In this document: one piece after another, positions 50,979 through 62,810 of the stretch
Position numbering within the stretch: position 1 is the first letter of the stretch
Layout of the letters: the number at the start of each line of letters is the position of its first letter
Assembly: GCF_963921235.1 (NCBI RefSeq)
Contig: NC_086097.1
Span: 127,226,001-127,290,000, forward strand
Direction of reading: 5' to 3'
DNA from: Mobula hypostoma
Taxonomy: Eukaryota
Length of the DNA: 64,000 bases
Translations under genes and position numbers: made by a program
Notes under the pieces: model-generated
Told to the model about the DNA's origin: nothing
The model's database searches: none
The model's input: the letters and a program-made list of their open reading frames with translations, nothing else

Positions 50979-53324
50979 TGTGCCTCCAAGTAGTCTGAAA
51001 CCATACCCTTATTGTCTTCCTAACCACTGAATTCAGGCTAACTGTGCTATAATTTCCTTTCTTCTGCCTCCCTCCCTTCTTAAAGAATCTTGTAACATTT
51101 GCAATTTTCCAGTCCTCTGGAACCATTACAGAATCTAATAACTCTTGAAATATCATTAGTAATGCCTCCACAATCTCTTCAGCAGCCTCTTTCAGAACCC
51201 TGGGATGCAGTCCAGGTGATTTATCTACCTTCAGACCTTTCAGCTTCCCAAGCACCTTTTCCTTAGTAACAGCAATTGCACTCACTTCTACCCCGTGATA
51301 CTCTTGAATTTGTGACATACTGCTGGTATATTCCACAGTGAAGACTGGCACAAAATACTTGTCAAGTTTGTCCGCCATTTCTCTTCCCCCATTACTACCT
51401 CTCCTGTGTCAATTTCTAGCGGTCTGATATCCTCTCTTGCCTGAAAAACTTTTTGTATCCTCCTTTATATTATTGGCTAGCTTACCTTTTCCTCCTCGTG
51501 GCTTTTTAGCTGCTTTCTGTTAGTTTTTAAAAGCTTCCCATTCTTCTTACATCCCAGTAATTTTTGCTAAATTATATGCCCTCTCTTTGCTTTTGTTGTT
51601 TTTGACTTCCCTTGTCAGCCATGTTTGCCTCATCCTCCTTTTAGAATGCTTCTTCAATATTGCTTCAATATTTTAACAGAGACACTTGATTCTATTTTAG
51701 AAAGTAATATACACATTATTGCATGCTCTATATATCTGGTTTAATTGAATATTAGTATAACTTTCAAGTTGGCTTTTTTAATCTTACTGATTTCTTAAAA
51801 TATCGACAGGGACCACTGCCATTATTTCAGAATAGCTATCTTTTTGAAGGAAGGTTAGAACCAAATATCGAGGTTTAAGTGAAGAACTGCTGTTTGGCAA
51901 TGTGTGTAATAAAAAAGCCATCAATTAATAATCACTGGGTAAAAGTTCAAATAAATTTCTTTATGAAACAGGTTACCCCAAACATGAATTTATTTAGTCA
52001 GAGGAACCAACTGTGCTCCAAATTTCTGTGAAGCCCTAAGCCCTACAGATGCTTCAGCGATTTTCTGACCATCGAAAGCATAGTTTACCTTTGAGTTCAC
52101 CGCTTATCAACTTAATAGCTGGGGATGTTGTTGAGCTTTCTTCTGCACATGTTTATAATAGGAATGGATAGAACACATCCACTCTTGATGTTTTCAAAGG
52201 TTATGAATAATCTGATTTCATGCTTAGTTGGAGAGAAACAAATGGGTATTTTGTAGATTACACAATGGACAGCATTGTATTAGTTCAAAATCATGTGTTC
52301 TTTGTTCTATTGCAAGCAAAACTGAGTTTGCCGATAGAGGTACAAGGACATCTCTCTCATTGCAGATCACTAAGGGGAGTATGCCAATAAACATGGTGTA
52401 TCTTGTTGCAAAGTAACTATTTAAAGCAATTGGCATTTTTTCTCCTCATGATTGTTAGTTATGTTTTTCTGATCTGGTGGAAGGAGACTTAAACCAAAGG
52501 ATTATTTTTAAATACTGGGTAGTTTTTTGAACTTTACATAGAAAGGTCACGCTTGCGCTGGTCAAACCAAAAGCCTAATCTAACTGGTAGAACTGAAGGG
52601 GGCTTCAAAGTGTTGGAAGTGAAATGAAAGAGTTACTTGTTGCATCACCTGCATTTGACCGCCTGCCTCCAATACACCTGGTTAATTACAGGGTTTGGGG
52701 CAGATCTGAGGGCCTTGGGAAAAGCACTAGAACAAATATATATCTTTCTTTTTCACTTTGCAATTGCTATTGTCCCATAGCTTGCTTTGGTAGCAGGTTT
52801 GTTGAAATTCTAGTAGGTGCACAATGAGTCTTTTTTTTAAAAAGATCCACACCACGTGCTATTGGACCAAAGGCTTGAAGAGGGTCATTTATTGGAACAA
52901 TTGAAAACTGTTGGCATTGCACGTACCCTGCATCCTCATGTACTGTGTTTCAAGTTTTAGAAGAAAGATTGCAGTGGCTGGTGCCTGCAACTAATTATTT
53001 CATGTTATGGTAACCTGTTACATAAAGAAATTTATTTCAACTCCTATCCAATAATTTTAATTAATGGCCTCTTCATTATATATAGTACATCAAAATGTTC
53101 CTCTTTCAAATCACTTTTGATTTTAAGATGCTGGATAATTGTTGATTTCAGTAAAACCTGTTTCTTTGGGCTCAGTTGTTTTGGATGAACATAGTTCACA
53201 TTTGAGACAAGTGAGTATTAAATTAAGGAGCAGCATCTGTCGGGGGGGGTGGGCAGTTGAGTGGGGAAGGAATTCCTTTGCTCCTGAGCCAGTATTTACA
53301 GTCTCCATCAAGAGATTGCAAGTT

Positions 53325-54780
53325 CATAGTCATAGTCATACTTTATTAATCCCGGTTTTTGTTACAGTTGCTTCATAAATAGTAATAAACCATAAATAGT
53401 TAAATAGTAATATGTAAATTATGCCAGTCAGGTAGTCAAGAAGCCATGATACCAAGGAAGTATCCACCTGCATCGCTGTCAGCTTCTCCCCCAGCAGAGC
53501 AGGGCGGATGGTGTTGAACGCACTGGAGAAGTCAAAAAACATGACCCTCACAGTGCTCGCTGGCTTGTCCAGGTGGGCGTAGACACGGTTCAGCAGGTAG
53601 AGAATGGCATCCTCAACTCCTAGTCGGGGCTGGTAGGCGAACTGGAGGGGATCTAAGTGTGGCCTGACCATAGGCCGGAGCAGCTCCAGAACAAGTCTCT
53701 CCAGGGTCTTCATGATGTGGGAGGTCAATGCCACCGGTCTGTAGTCATTGAGGCCGCTGGGTTGCGGCGTCTTCGGCACAGGAACGAGGCAGGACGTCTT
53801 CCACAGCACAGGAACCCTCCGGAGCCTCAGGCTCAGGTTGACTACATGGCGAAGTACTCCACATAGCTGAGGGGCACAGGCTTTGAGCACCCTGGTACTG
53901 ACACCATCCGGTCCTGCAGCCTTGCTTGGGTTGAGACGTTTCAGCTGTCTTTTCACCTGTTCAGCTGTGAAGCCCACCGTGGTGGTTTCGTGTGGGGAAG
54001 GGGTATAGTCATGAGAGCAGGGTGGGGGACTGTGAGGAGGGGTAGGAGGGGAGAGTGGAATATGTGTTGGTTGGGGGCCGACAACAGATGGCTCATGTGT
54101 GGGATGGGCAGGGGCCACAATGTCAAATCTGTTAAAGAACAGGTTAAGTTCATTGGCCCTGTCCACACTGCCTTCCGCTCCTCTGTTGCTAGTTTGCCGG
54201 AACCCAGTGATGGTCCTCATCCCCCTCCAGACCTCTCTCATGTTGTTCTGCTGGAGTTTTCACTCAAGCTTCCTCCTGTACCTGTCTTTAGCCTCCCTGA
54301 TCCTGGCTTTCAGGTCACTCTGTATTGCCCTCAGCTCCTCCCTATTTCCATCTCTAAATGCCCTCTTTTTAGTGTTCAGGATGTCCTTAATGTCCTTTGT
54401 CACCCATGGCTTGTTATCTGAATAACAAAGGACAGTTCTTGTCGGAACATTGCAGTCCACACAGAAGTTGATGTAATCAGTGATGCACTCTGTGAGCCCA
54501 TCAATATCCTCTCCATGTGGCTCACAGAGTGCCTGCCAGTCTGTCACCTCAAAACAGCGCTGGAGCGCCTCATAAGCCTCCTCCAACCATTTTCTCACTG
54601 TCCTCGAGGTTGCAGATTTACTCTTCACCAGAGGCATGTAGCAGGGTTTTAGATGCACCAGGTTGTGATCTGACCTTCTCAGTGGGAGGAGGAGAGAGGA
54701 GCTGTATGCATCCTTAACGTTAGCGTACATCAAATCCAGAGTCCTCTCCCCTCTGGTTGTACAGCTCACATACTGCTGGC
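53325..54780 (-). mobile_element. Rex1/Babar-type LINE with AP endonuclease end and first half of RT; distal RT deleted
   Basis: TLDLMYAN...SDHNLVHL, KAAGPDGV, DYRPVALTSHIMKTLERL, DPLQFAYQ and FFDFSSAFNTIRP, then an abrupt jump after WLLDYLTG to an AT-rich 3' end with AATAAA and (TATGAC)n. Confidence 0.9.
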
Positions 54781-56059
54781 CACCATTGATCAAGTGTCTG
54801 TTGCTCACACTTTACACGTGTCTGTACAAAAAGCACAGCTCTTGGGACACCCTTTCTCACCCACCCCTGGTCCCGCTGGGAGTCTCCTTCCTGCTGAGTT
54901 TAAGAGGAGCTGCAACATGAGGGGAATGAGGCCAACACGCTTGAATGGCTGCTAGTCTAGAGTTCCCTGAATTTCCCAGGTCAATCCAAATGGAACAAAG
55001 AATCAGGATAAGAGACTGTGGAAATCCAAGCACAGAATTCCCAGGACACCCAAATAAGTGGTTTTATGTCAAATGGGCCCACCTGTAAATATTGGTTGTG
55101 CCAACAATGTATGCTCAATTGTAGCCCGTGCTTTAGTTGGGTGTGTTTGGGGGAATTTGGATTCAGTCCTGGGTTGAGAGATTGGCAGAAATGTAGGTGT
55201 AGCATTGGTTAGATGATGGAAGTGCTTGGTTAAGTGGCAGAGATGCCTCTAGGTTGCACTGGTTGGAAGGTCCAGAAATTTGAGGACTAAATGTTGCAAC
55301 ATTGATTAATTCTGTCATGCATGTTTTATATAATTTATGTTTGTTGTCTTTGTAATATACTGTGCTTCTGCACAAAGCTAATTTTCACGGTATTTATGTA
55401 TGCCTCTGACAAACTTGAACCTGGCGTGGGGTTAGTGCAAGAACGTGGTGCTGATCTTATTGACCATTGGAACAAAGGGCTGAACAGCCTACTTTTGTTT
55501 CTATTTCTTAGATAAGTAGGGAGCTTGCTTACAAGGGTCAAAGTCTGGTGTTGCATTGTGAAGACTATGTTGTCTTTGAAGTGTCCAGCCAGTGGTTACT
55601 CCCACAGCAACTTGGCCTGTCTCTCTCTGCAATACTTTGAAAGGAGCTTTGCACTGGAACTGCTGTAACCTTGTGCATAAAGAAGCGGAAATCACATCAA
55701 GTCTACGAGGATGACCCACATCAGGAAGTACTCAGTCAAATTTCCAGAGCATTACAAGTCAGTTTGGAAATGGCCACTATTACATTTCGCTCTGAAAATA
55801 ATCAACAGCGTTGATTATATGCTTCTGTCCAGAAACTGAATTTCCAGGCATAGATGTTCCAATTTAAATCGAGAAATGTTCCTTATATGGATGTGTATAG
55901 TATTCCCTGAGATTAAGTCTCAAATGCTTTATTTTAGTATTGTATATATTTGTTATGAGTCTCTGTGTGATAAGTATCTAGTGTATTTTTTATAAATTTG
56001 TAATAAATATATAACCTAGACAATAATATAAAAGAGAATACTGGAAGATTTTTCCAAAA

Positions 56060-57410
56060 TATAAAGAGTAAGTGAGAGGCTACTGTGGATATTAGACTGC
56101 CGGAGAGGAAGTAATAGGAGACAGAGAAATGGCAGACAAACTTAAGTCTTTTGTGTCAGTCTGCACTGTGGATGACACTAGCAGTATGCCAGAAATTCCA
56201 GTGTCAGGGCTGAAGTGGGTGTAGTTGCTATTACTAAAGAGAAGGTGCTTGGGAAGCTGAAAGGTCTGAAGGTAGATAAATCACCTGGACTAGATTGACT
56301 ATACCCCAGAGTTCTGAATGATGTTACTGAAGAGATTGTGGAGCCATAGTAGAGATCTTTCGCGAATCACTAGATTCTGGAATAGTTCTGGAGGACTGGA
56401 AAACTGCAAATATCACTCCACTCTTTAAGAAAGGAGTGAGGCAGGAGAGAGGAAATTATAGCACATTTAGCTTGACTTCAGTGGTTGGGAAGATACTGGA
56501 GTCCATTATTAAGGATGAAGTTTCAGGGAAGATGCACGAAGCGGCGGGTTGTGTTGAGGAATCGGGGAGATTACAGAAGGATTTAGACAGACTGGGAGAA
56601 TGGGCAAAGTGGCAGATGAAATATACTGCAGGGAACTGTATGGCTATACACTTTGGTAAAAGGAATAAAGGCGTAAGTTATTTTCCAAATTGAGAAAATT
56701 CAAATATCAGAGGTGCAAAGGGATTTGGAAGCCCTTGTGCAGGATTCCCTAAAGGTTAACCTGCAGGTTGAGCCAGTGGTAAGGAAGGCAAATGCAAAGT
56801 TGGCATTTATTTCAAGAGGAGTAGAATATAAGAGCAAGGATGTAATGCTGAGGCTTTATAAGGTGTTGGTCAGACAGCACTTGGAGTATTGTGAGCAGTT
56901 TTGGGACCCTTATTTAGGAAAAGACATGCCGACATTGGAGAGGGTCCAGAGGAGGTTCACAAGAATGATTCTGGGAAAGAAAAGGTTAATGTATGAGGAG
57001 CGTTTGGCTCTGGGCTTGTACTTGCTGGAGTTTAGAAGAATGGGTGGGGCAGTGGGGAGATCTCTTTGAAGCATATTGGATATTGAAAGGTCAGGAAAGA
57101 GTCGATGTGGGAGGTTTCCTATAGTTGGTGAGTCAAGGACCAGAGGACACAGTTTAGGAATAAAGGTTTAGAACAGAGATAAGAAACTTCTGTAGACAGG
57201 TGGATGTCACAGATGGCTGTGGAGGCTAAGTCATTGAGTATATTTAAAGTGGAGGATGATAAGTTCTTGATTAGTAAGGGCACCAAAAGTTATGGGGGTA
57301 AGGCGGAAGAATGGGGTTGGGAGGGAAAATAAATCAGCCATGACGGAATGGTGGAGCAGACTTGATAATCTGCGTGGCATAATTCTACTCATGTCTTATG
57401 GTCTTATGGT
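56060..57410 (+). mobile_element. Decayed CR1 LINE with internal deletion, ending ~75 bp upstream of the exon at 57485
   Basis: [45 protein letters not shown]. Tail tcttatggtcttatgg. Confidence 0.88.
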
Positions 57411-57484
57411 TTTATAATACTTGATGGAAGTTCAACTGTGTTTTCAAACTCAACCATTTAATGATCCTCCTCCTCTTTCGGCAG

Positions 57485-57633
57485 AGATACAGATCTGTTC
57501 CTTCTGGATACGAGGACAGTTTGGGCCTCTGAGGAAGGCTGGCTGGTGTTTGACATCACTGCTACAAGCAACCTGTGGGTGATGAGCCCCCAACACAACC
57601 TAGGACTCCAGCTACGGGTGCAGACCATCGACG
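57485..57633 (+). CDS. BMP6: Next coding exon (equivalent to exon 3) of the same BMP6-like gene, prodomain
   Basis: Acceptor (cctctttcggcag) ending at 57484, donor GTGCGT at 57634, length 149 bp. Phase joins the previous exon (AG|A = Arg). Translation [49 protein letters not shown](G); LDTR-VW, SNLWV and PQHN are BMP6-type residues. Confidence 0.88.
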
Positions 57634-59544
57634 GTGCGTCAACTCAAGCAGTTCTGCTTTGTACTAAGTGAGGTCAAAGACAGCCCCTCACAGTGTAAAG
57701 TTCAAACAAATTCAAAAAGTAAAATTTAAGATCAAAGTGCGTATATTTTACGGCATGTTGTCTTGAGATTCATTTTCTTACAGGCATACACTGGAAAGTA
57801 AAGAAATGCAATTGAATTTATGAAAACGAAAACTATACATAACAAAGACTGACAACTTAACCTTACAAATGAGCAAAATGTAGACATTAATGTGGAGAAT
57901 GAAGTTGTATTGATTATAGTTGGCACAACAGCATAGCAGAAGGTGCAGCTGCCGTACAGCTCCAGCACCTGGGTGTGGGTGATATCCCCGTTGTGCAATT
58001 ATGTGTATCTTCCCAATGAGTGCCCTGGCTTGCTCCCACATCTTAAAGATGTGTTAATTGTGTTAAAAGTGAAGGGGAGGTGGGGGTAGTGCAAACTGGT
58101 AGATATGTGAAGGGGCAGATTGCAGGGAATTAACGGGGGACTGGAATTGAGGGAATGCTCTACAAGCCACCATGAGGCAAGGCAAGCAGCCTCCTATCTC
58201 ATAAAAAAAAAAATATGAGATAACATTATGACCTCAGGAGCATTTTCCTAACTTCTCTTGGTTCATTCCAGTAGTTGACTTGATCGGAAGAGTTTTTAAC
58301 TGTATTCCTTGGATTAAATTAATTTAAACCGCGTCTATTTTCAGTAGAATCAATTGCTTTTACTGTGTTTGGTCTGAAGATTCCTACTTTGACGATTAGT
58401 TACTGAATTTGCTGCTGGTTGATGTTTGAACAGAAGCTCTTTATTTTGAGAATCATGATTATTTGACAACCAATATAATGTGCAGTTTGCTCCTTGAACT
58501 TTGCCTGCGTACAACTTATAAAATGCATGGCGTAAGAGGAGAAAACATTCAAAACGTTTGGCAGCATTTGTGGAAAGAAAAACAGGATTAGTGTATCATG
58601 TCGCTGACACTTTTTTTGGAAAAAGAAACAGCCCGTGTTTACCTGAAATACTATCTCTGTTTCTCTTTCCACAGAAGCTGTCTGACCTGTTGAGTATTTC
58701 CAGCATTTTCTGCTATTACTGAAAATAGTTTCTGTCATCAAATATTTGGTCAATAGTTGATTATAATCCAGTGATTTAGCTCTGAATGGCAACGATAGAT
58801 TCCTTTCTAATCTTTGACCCTTTGTCATTTTGGGTCAGCAGTATAACTGATCTCAACCATGCAGAGAGAACCATCACTTTAGATCTTGGATTAAGTCTTA
58901 TGAAAGCAGCTCCAACACTTTGATTAAACTTGCATGAGTTGAAATTACAATCCATGGGGAGGAACTGAAGGAAATATTTCCTGCATCCTAGATTGAAATA
59001 TTCAAGCTTTGAAAATCTGTTAAAAGCACATAGCCAGCAGTCAACTCAATACAACAGGATCTTGTATGCAAGAAACAGACATTGCTGTGTGAGAACAGAT
59101 TTCTTCTGCAGCACTCTATATGCAGACAGGATGGAAAAAAAAACAGAGCTATCATATAAAACAGCATAGGAAGTCAAGTGATATATTCATAAACTGACAT
59201 GCATTCTTACAGTCAAACCAAAAAAGTGCAGATGTTGGAAATAACTATCCATTGGAATGGTCAGCTGCTTGAAATGTTAACCCTCTTCCTCTACACAGAT
59301 GCTCCTCGGCACACGTTTTCTGACTATATGAATGCCAATATTTCCCTCATCTGTAGGGTTTGTTTTTTGCTTAATCTTGTTTAACGATCACTTGTCAGTT
59401 GCCTGATCCGACTGGAGAGTTTTTACAGTACCCCTTTCTCCGCTGTTAGCATGGCTTGGATCGTTTAGTATGGCACAGACCAACACTGGAAATGGGACTC
59501 TGCCTGGTGTTTATTGCTCACCAGCATTCCGGTTATCTTCCCAA

Positions 59545-59980
59545 AGTAGCGACGCTGCTTTACAGAGCCAGCTGCAAGATCAGGGTTTGATTCCTGCCAC
59601 TGCCTGTAAGGAGTTTGTATGTTCTCCCTGTGACCCCATTGTGGTTTTCTCCAGGTGCTCCAGTTTCCTCCCACATTCCAAAGCAAAACCCATGGGTGAG
59701 GGTTAGTGAGTTGTGGGCATGCTACGTTGGCGTCAGAAGCATGGCGGCACTTGCGGGCTTTCCAACGCAGTCCCCCAGTCGCAACCAAGAGAAAATGTGC
59801 AGATGCTGGAAATCCAAGCAACACACACAAAATGCTGGAGGAACTCAGCAGGCCAGGCAGCATCTATGGAGAAGCGTACAGTCGACATTTTGGGCCGAGA
59901 ATGCAGCCCAGTCCTCACTGATTTGATGCAAATGACGCAGTTCACTGTACATTTCGGCGTACCTGTGACAAATAAATCTA
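59545..59980 (+). mobile_element. V-SINE/HE1-like SINE with an inverted PLE terminal-repeat fragment inserted at ~59785-59900
   Basis: Core gtaaggagtttgtatgttctccc...ccaggtgctccagtttcctcccaca recurs at ~32080-32150, ~39630-39690 and ~41690-41760, and on the minus strand at ~33400-33470 and ~37340-37385. Family name is from recall. Confidence 0.7.
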
Positions 59981-62039
59981 ATCTTTTTCCTGGATCAGCT
60001 GTGCGATGACTAGGATAGTCTGTGTCCACTCTGTTGTTTGAGCTTTAACGTGATGTTTCTGTTGCATGCACAAGGTCTTGTGATTGTTAGAGATTGAGCT
60101 CTCTCAAATTGTATTTGGAAGTAATCTACAGTTATCTGACAGAGCACTGAGCGTGATGGGAAATAGTGAAACAGCCTGTAAAACTGCTTCTTTAACAGGG
60201 CTTACTGAATAATGTCAATGCTACAATGCAGCCGCCTGTTTCACAGGCATCCCATGAATAACCATTCACTTGCACCAAGACCAATTAGGCAACACCTTCC
60301 ATACCTATAAGCTGGACCAGTTAGATGGATCAGGGCAGAAAAAACAAGGGAACATCACTACCTGGAAGTTTCCCACCAAGCCACGCACCATGCTGACTTG
60401 GAAGTACATAACCTCACAGGTGTTGGGTCAACATCCTGGAACTCCCTCCCGAACAGCATTGTGGGTATACTCACACCTCAAGGACTGTTCACCCCACGAC
60501 CTCCCCAGGAACAATTAAATGCGGGCTTAGCTTGTGAAGTCCACATCCCCTGAATTAATATATCTTCTTCTTCTTATCATGTCCACAGACAGCCTATACA
60601 TGGCCCAGCCAGAACTGGACACATTTTTGCGCCTTGTTGTTGAATTCAGCAAGATCTGCAACAGTACAGGGTTCCTCTAGCGACGGGCTATATATCTTAA
60701 AAAATAATCTCTCCATTGCTTTTTTGGGCATTGTGCCCAAAAGAAGGGACAACTCGTCATCTTAAGCCCAGAAGTGTAACTTGTTGTGTAGGAAGAGAAT
60801 CTCAACTTGTGTTTCCAGTGACTGCACATGCTGCCAGTGGTGCTGGCTGTCCCTTGTCCAAGTTACAACCCGTGAGGATCTTTGCAGAGCCCAACTTGCA
60901 TCCCACCTTGGGTGTTTGTCGCACACACACAGGAGGGAGAGCTCCGACCTGTCCTGGGGTTGGAGAATTGTGCATGTGTGTGGGTGAGTGAGAGGGAGGA
61001 GCAGGGCATGTTTTGCCATTGATTTATTGCTTGGAATGTTCTGTTTTTTTTTGTTGAGTTCCATGTGGTTCTGCCAAGCACTGTGGGCATGTTACGCTGC
61101 TGCCAAATGTGTGGTGACACTTGCTGGCTTCTCCCGGCACATCCTTGGGTGTGTTGGCTGTTAACATAAATGACTCACTGTAGTTTATGATGTACGTGTG
61201 ATAAATAAATCTGAATCTGGCTCGTACTGACACTGTCCTCGTTTGGGCAATTGGGATTTGAGGTTAAAGCAATGGAAGGTCCTAAGCTGACTCCCTCTTC
61301 TTCTCCCTCTGGAACTAAGGATACAGTTGGTTTCAAAGCTTTATCTCCCACCACGTAGGACGTATGTTTACCACATGTCAGTCAGCAGCTGCCAAGTGTC
61401 TGGCCAGATTGAAAAGAGTGCAGCCAGTTTTCTTTCTCTGGGACATATGGCAGAATGCTTTCCAAGTGGCGGGAGCTATTGGCATATCCCCATTATTCCC
61501 GTGTTGTGGCTGGTGTGCGTAAATACCGTCTCCCAGCCTCCACCAGAGGAATGTTGCTTAAATTACCAGTTAGCGTTGAGGTGGTTGACTCCTGCCATAC
61601 AGTTCTCTCTCCCCACAAGATCCCTCATCACCCTCATCACCCCACACATGAGGTCAGGAACCATGCCTGGTAAACTGATTAATAATGTTTGCCTTTTGCA
61701 GTCTTCAGCCAGAGTGGGGCCATTTTCAAGTTTATGGCCTCCAACCTGAAACCCACTCTGGGTGTTAATCTTGGCAGCTTGTTGGTTTTGGAAAACTTGT
61801 TAGATCCTGCCAATGGGTTGGGTGAAGTTTGATGCCAAAGAAAATGGCTAAACAAAATGCTTGCTTATTTCTGGCAGTCATCCCTCCACGGGTTGGGTCA
61901 TTTGATGTCAGCCGCACTGACTTTAAAATCGAGCAATATGGAGCAACTGAACTCAACAAGTCAACCAGCATCTGTGGGAGGAAAGGAATAGTGTCTGATT
62001 TGGGTCTTAACCCTGCATCAGGGTTCTTTTTATAGGAAG

Positions 62040-62350
62040 TCAAAAGAGAAGTTGTTCAGGGTAAGAACAAGTTCAGCCAGGCAGATGAAAACGTTGGTGG
62101 AGTGAAACTGATTGGATGTTTGGAGTAGAAAGGAGCAAAGGGTTTTAAGCCTTTCCTGATGGGGGGATGGAGGTGTAGAAAGACCAGACATCCATGGAGA
62201 AGATGAGGTAGTGGGGGCTGGGGAATAGGAGTTTTCAAAATAGTGGAGGGCAGGCGAGACATCCCAGATGTATGGTAAAGGACTAGAACAGGGCAATCAA
62301 GAGAGGAAGAAATAAGTTGGCGAGGCAACAGCAGGTGGAAAGGAAGCATC
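62040..62350 (-). mobile_element. Penelope-like RT fragment
   Basis: CLAELVLTLNNFSF and PHQERLKTL match the 34521-36608 ORF. Confidence 0.8.
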
Positions 62351-62454
62351 TACCTGGACAACCTTACTTGTAGATCAGGATCAGGACTGCTGACTGATTG
62401 CATCTTGAAGCTCGAATTGGTTGTGTGCTCTTTGTCCTTCAAACTGATCAATTA

Positions 62455-62810
62455 TCTGGGCTGATACTCCAGTGTAGTATTGAGGGAGAGCCCCACTGTC
62501 AGAGGTGCAGTTTCTCATGTGGGGAACCAAAAATAGGAACAGGCTCCCTCCACTCTCTCAAGAACCCATGTACTCACAGTACTCTTCAACAGAAGAGTAG
62601 GGAAGTCCTCCCTAATGTTTATTCCTCGATCGAAATTTCAGGGATTATCTGGTCAGTATATCATTGCTGCTATTGGGAGACTAACATGCACAAGTTGATG
62701 TTTCCTGTGTTTTAGCTGTGACTACTCTTCAAATATTTCTTTGGCTATAAAGTGCTCTGGCATGTCTTGGAAAGTGGCGTGAAAGGTGCTAAATCAATGC
62801 AGTCTTCCTC
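62455..62810 (+). mobile_element. Ancient DeuSINE (SacSINE1/AmnSINE1-like) copy
   Basis: ctgatactccagtgtagtattgagggag...gattatctggtcagtatatcattgctg...tggctataaagtgctctgg...gtgaaaggtgcta resembles the Deu-domain SINE consensus as recalled. A minus-strand fragment lies at ~15880-16010. Confidence 0.6.

Larger units (their letters stand above)
47445..51650 (-). mobile_element. Decayed CR1 LINE split by a Helitron (CR1 parts 47445-48441 and 50979-51650)
   Basis: [12 protein letters not shown] and PEDWKIANVT (50923..51378); GVRQGSVLGP and KLADDTKVG (48025..48339); EHCVQFWAP (47700..48035). Confidence 0.88.
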
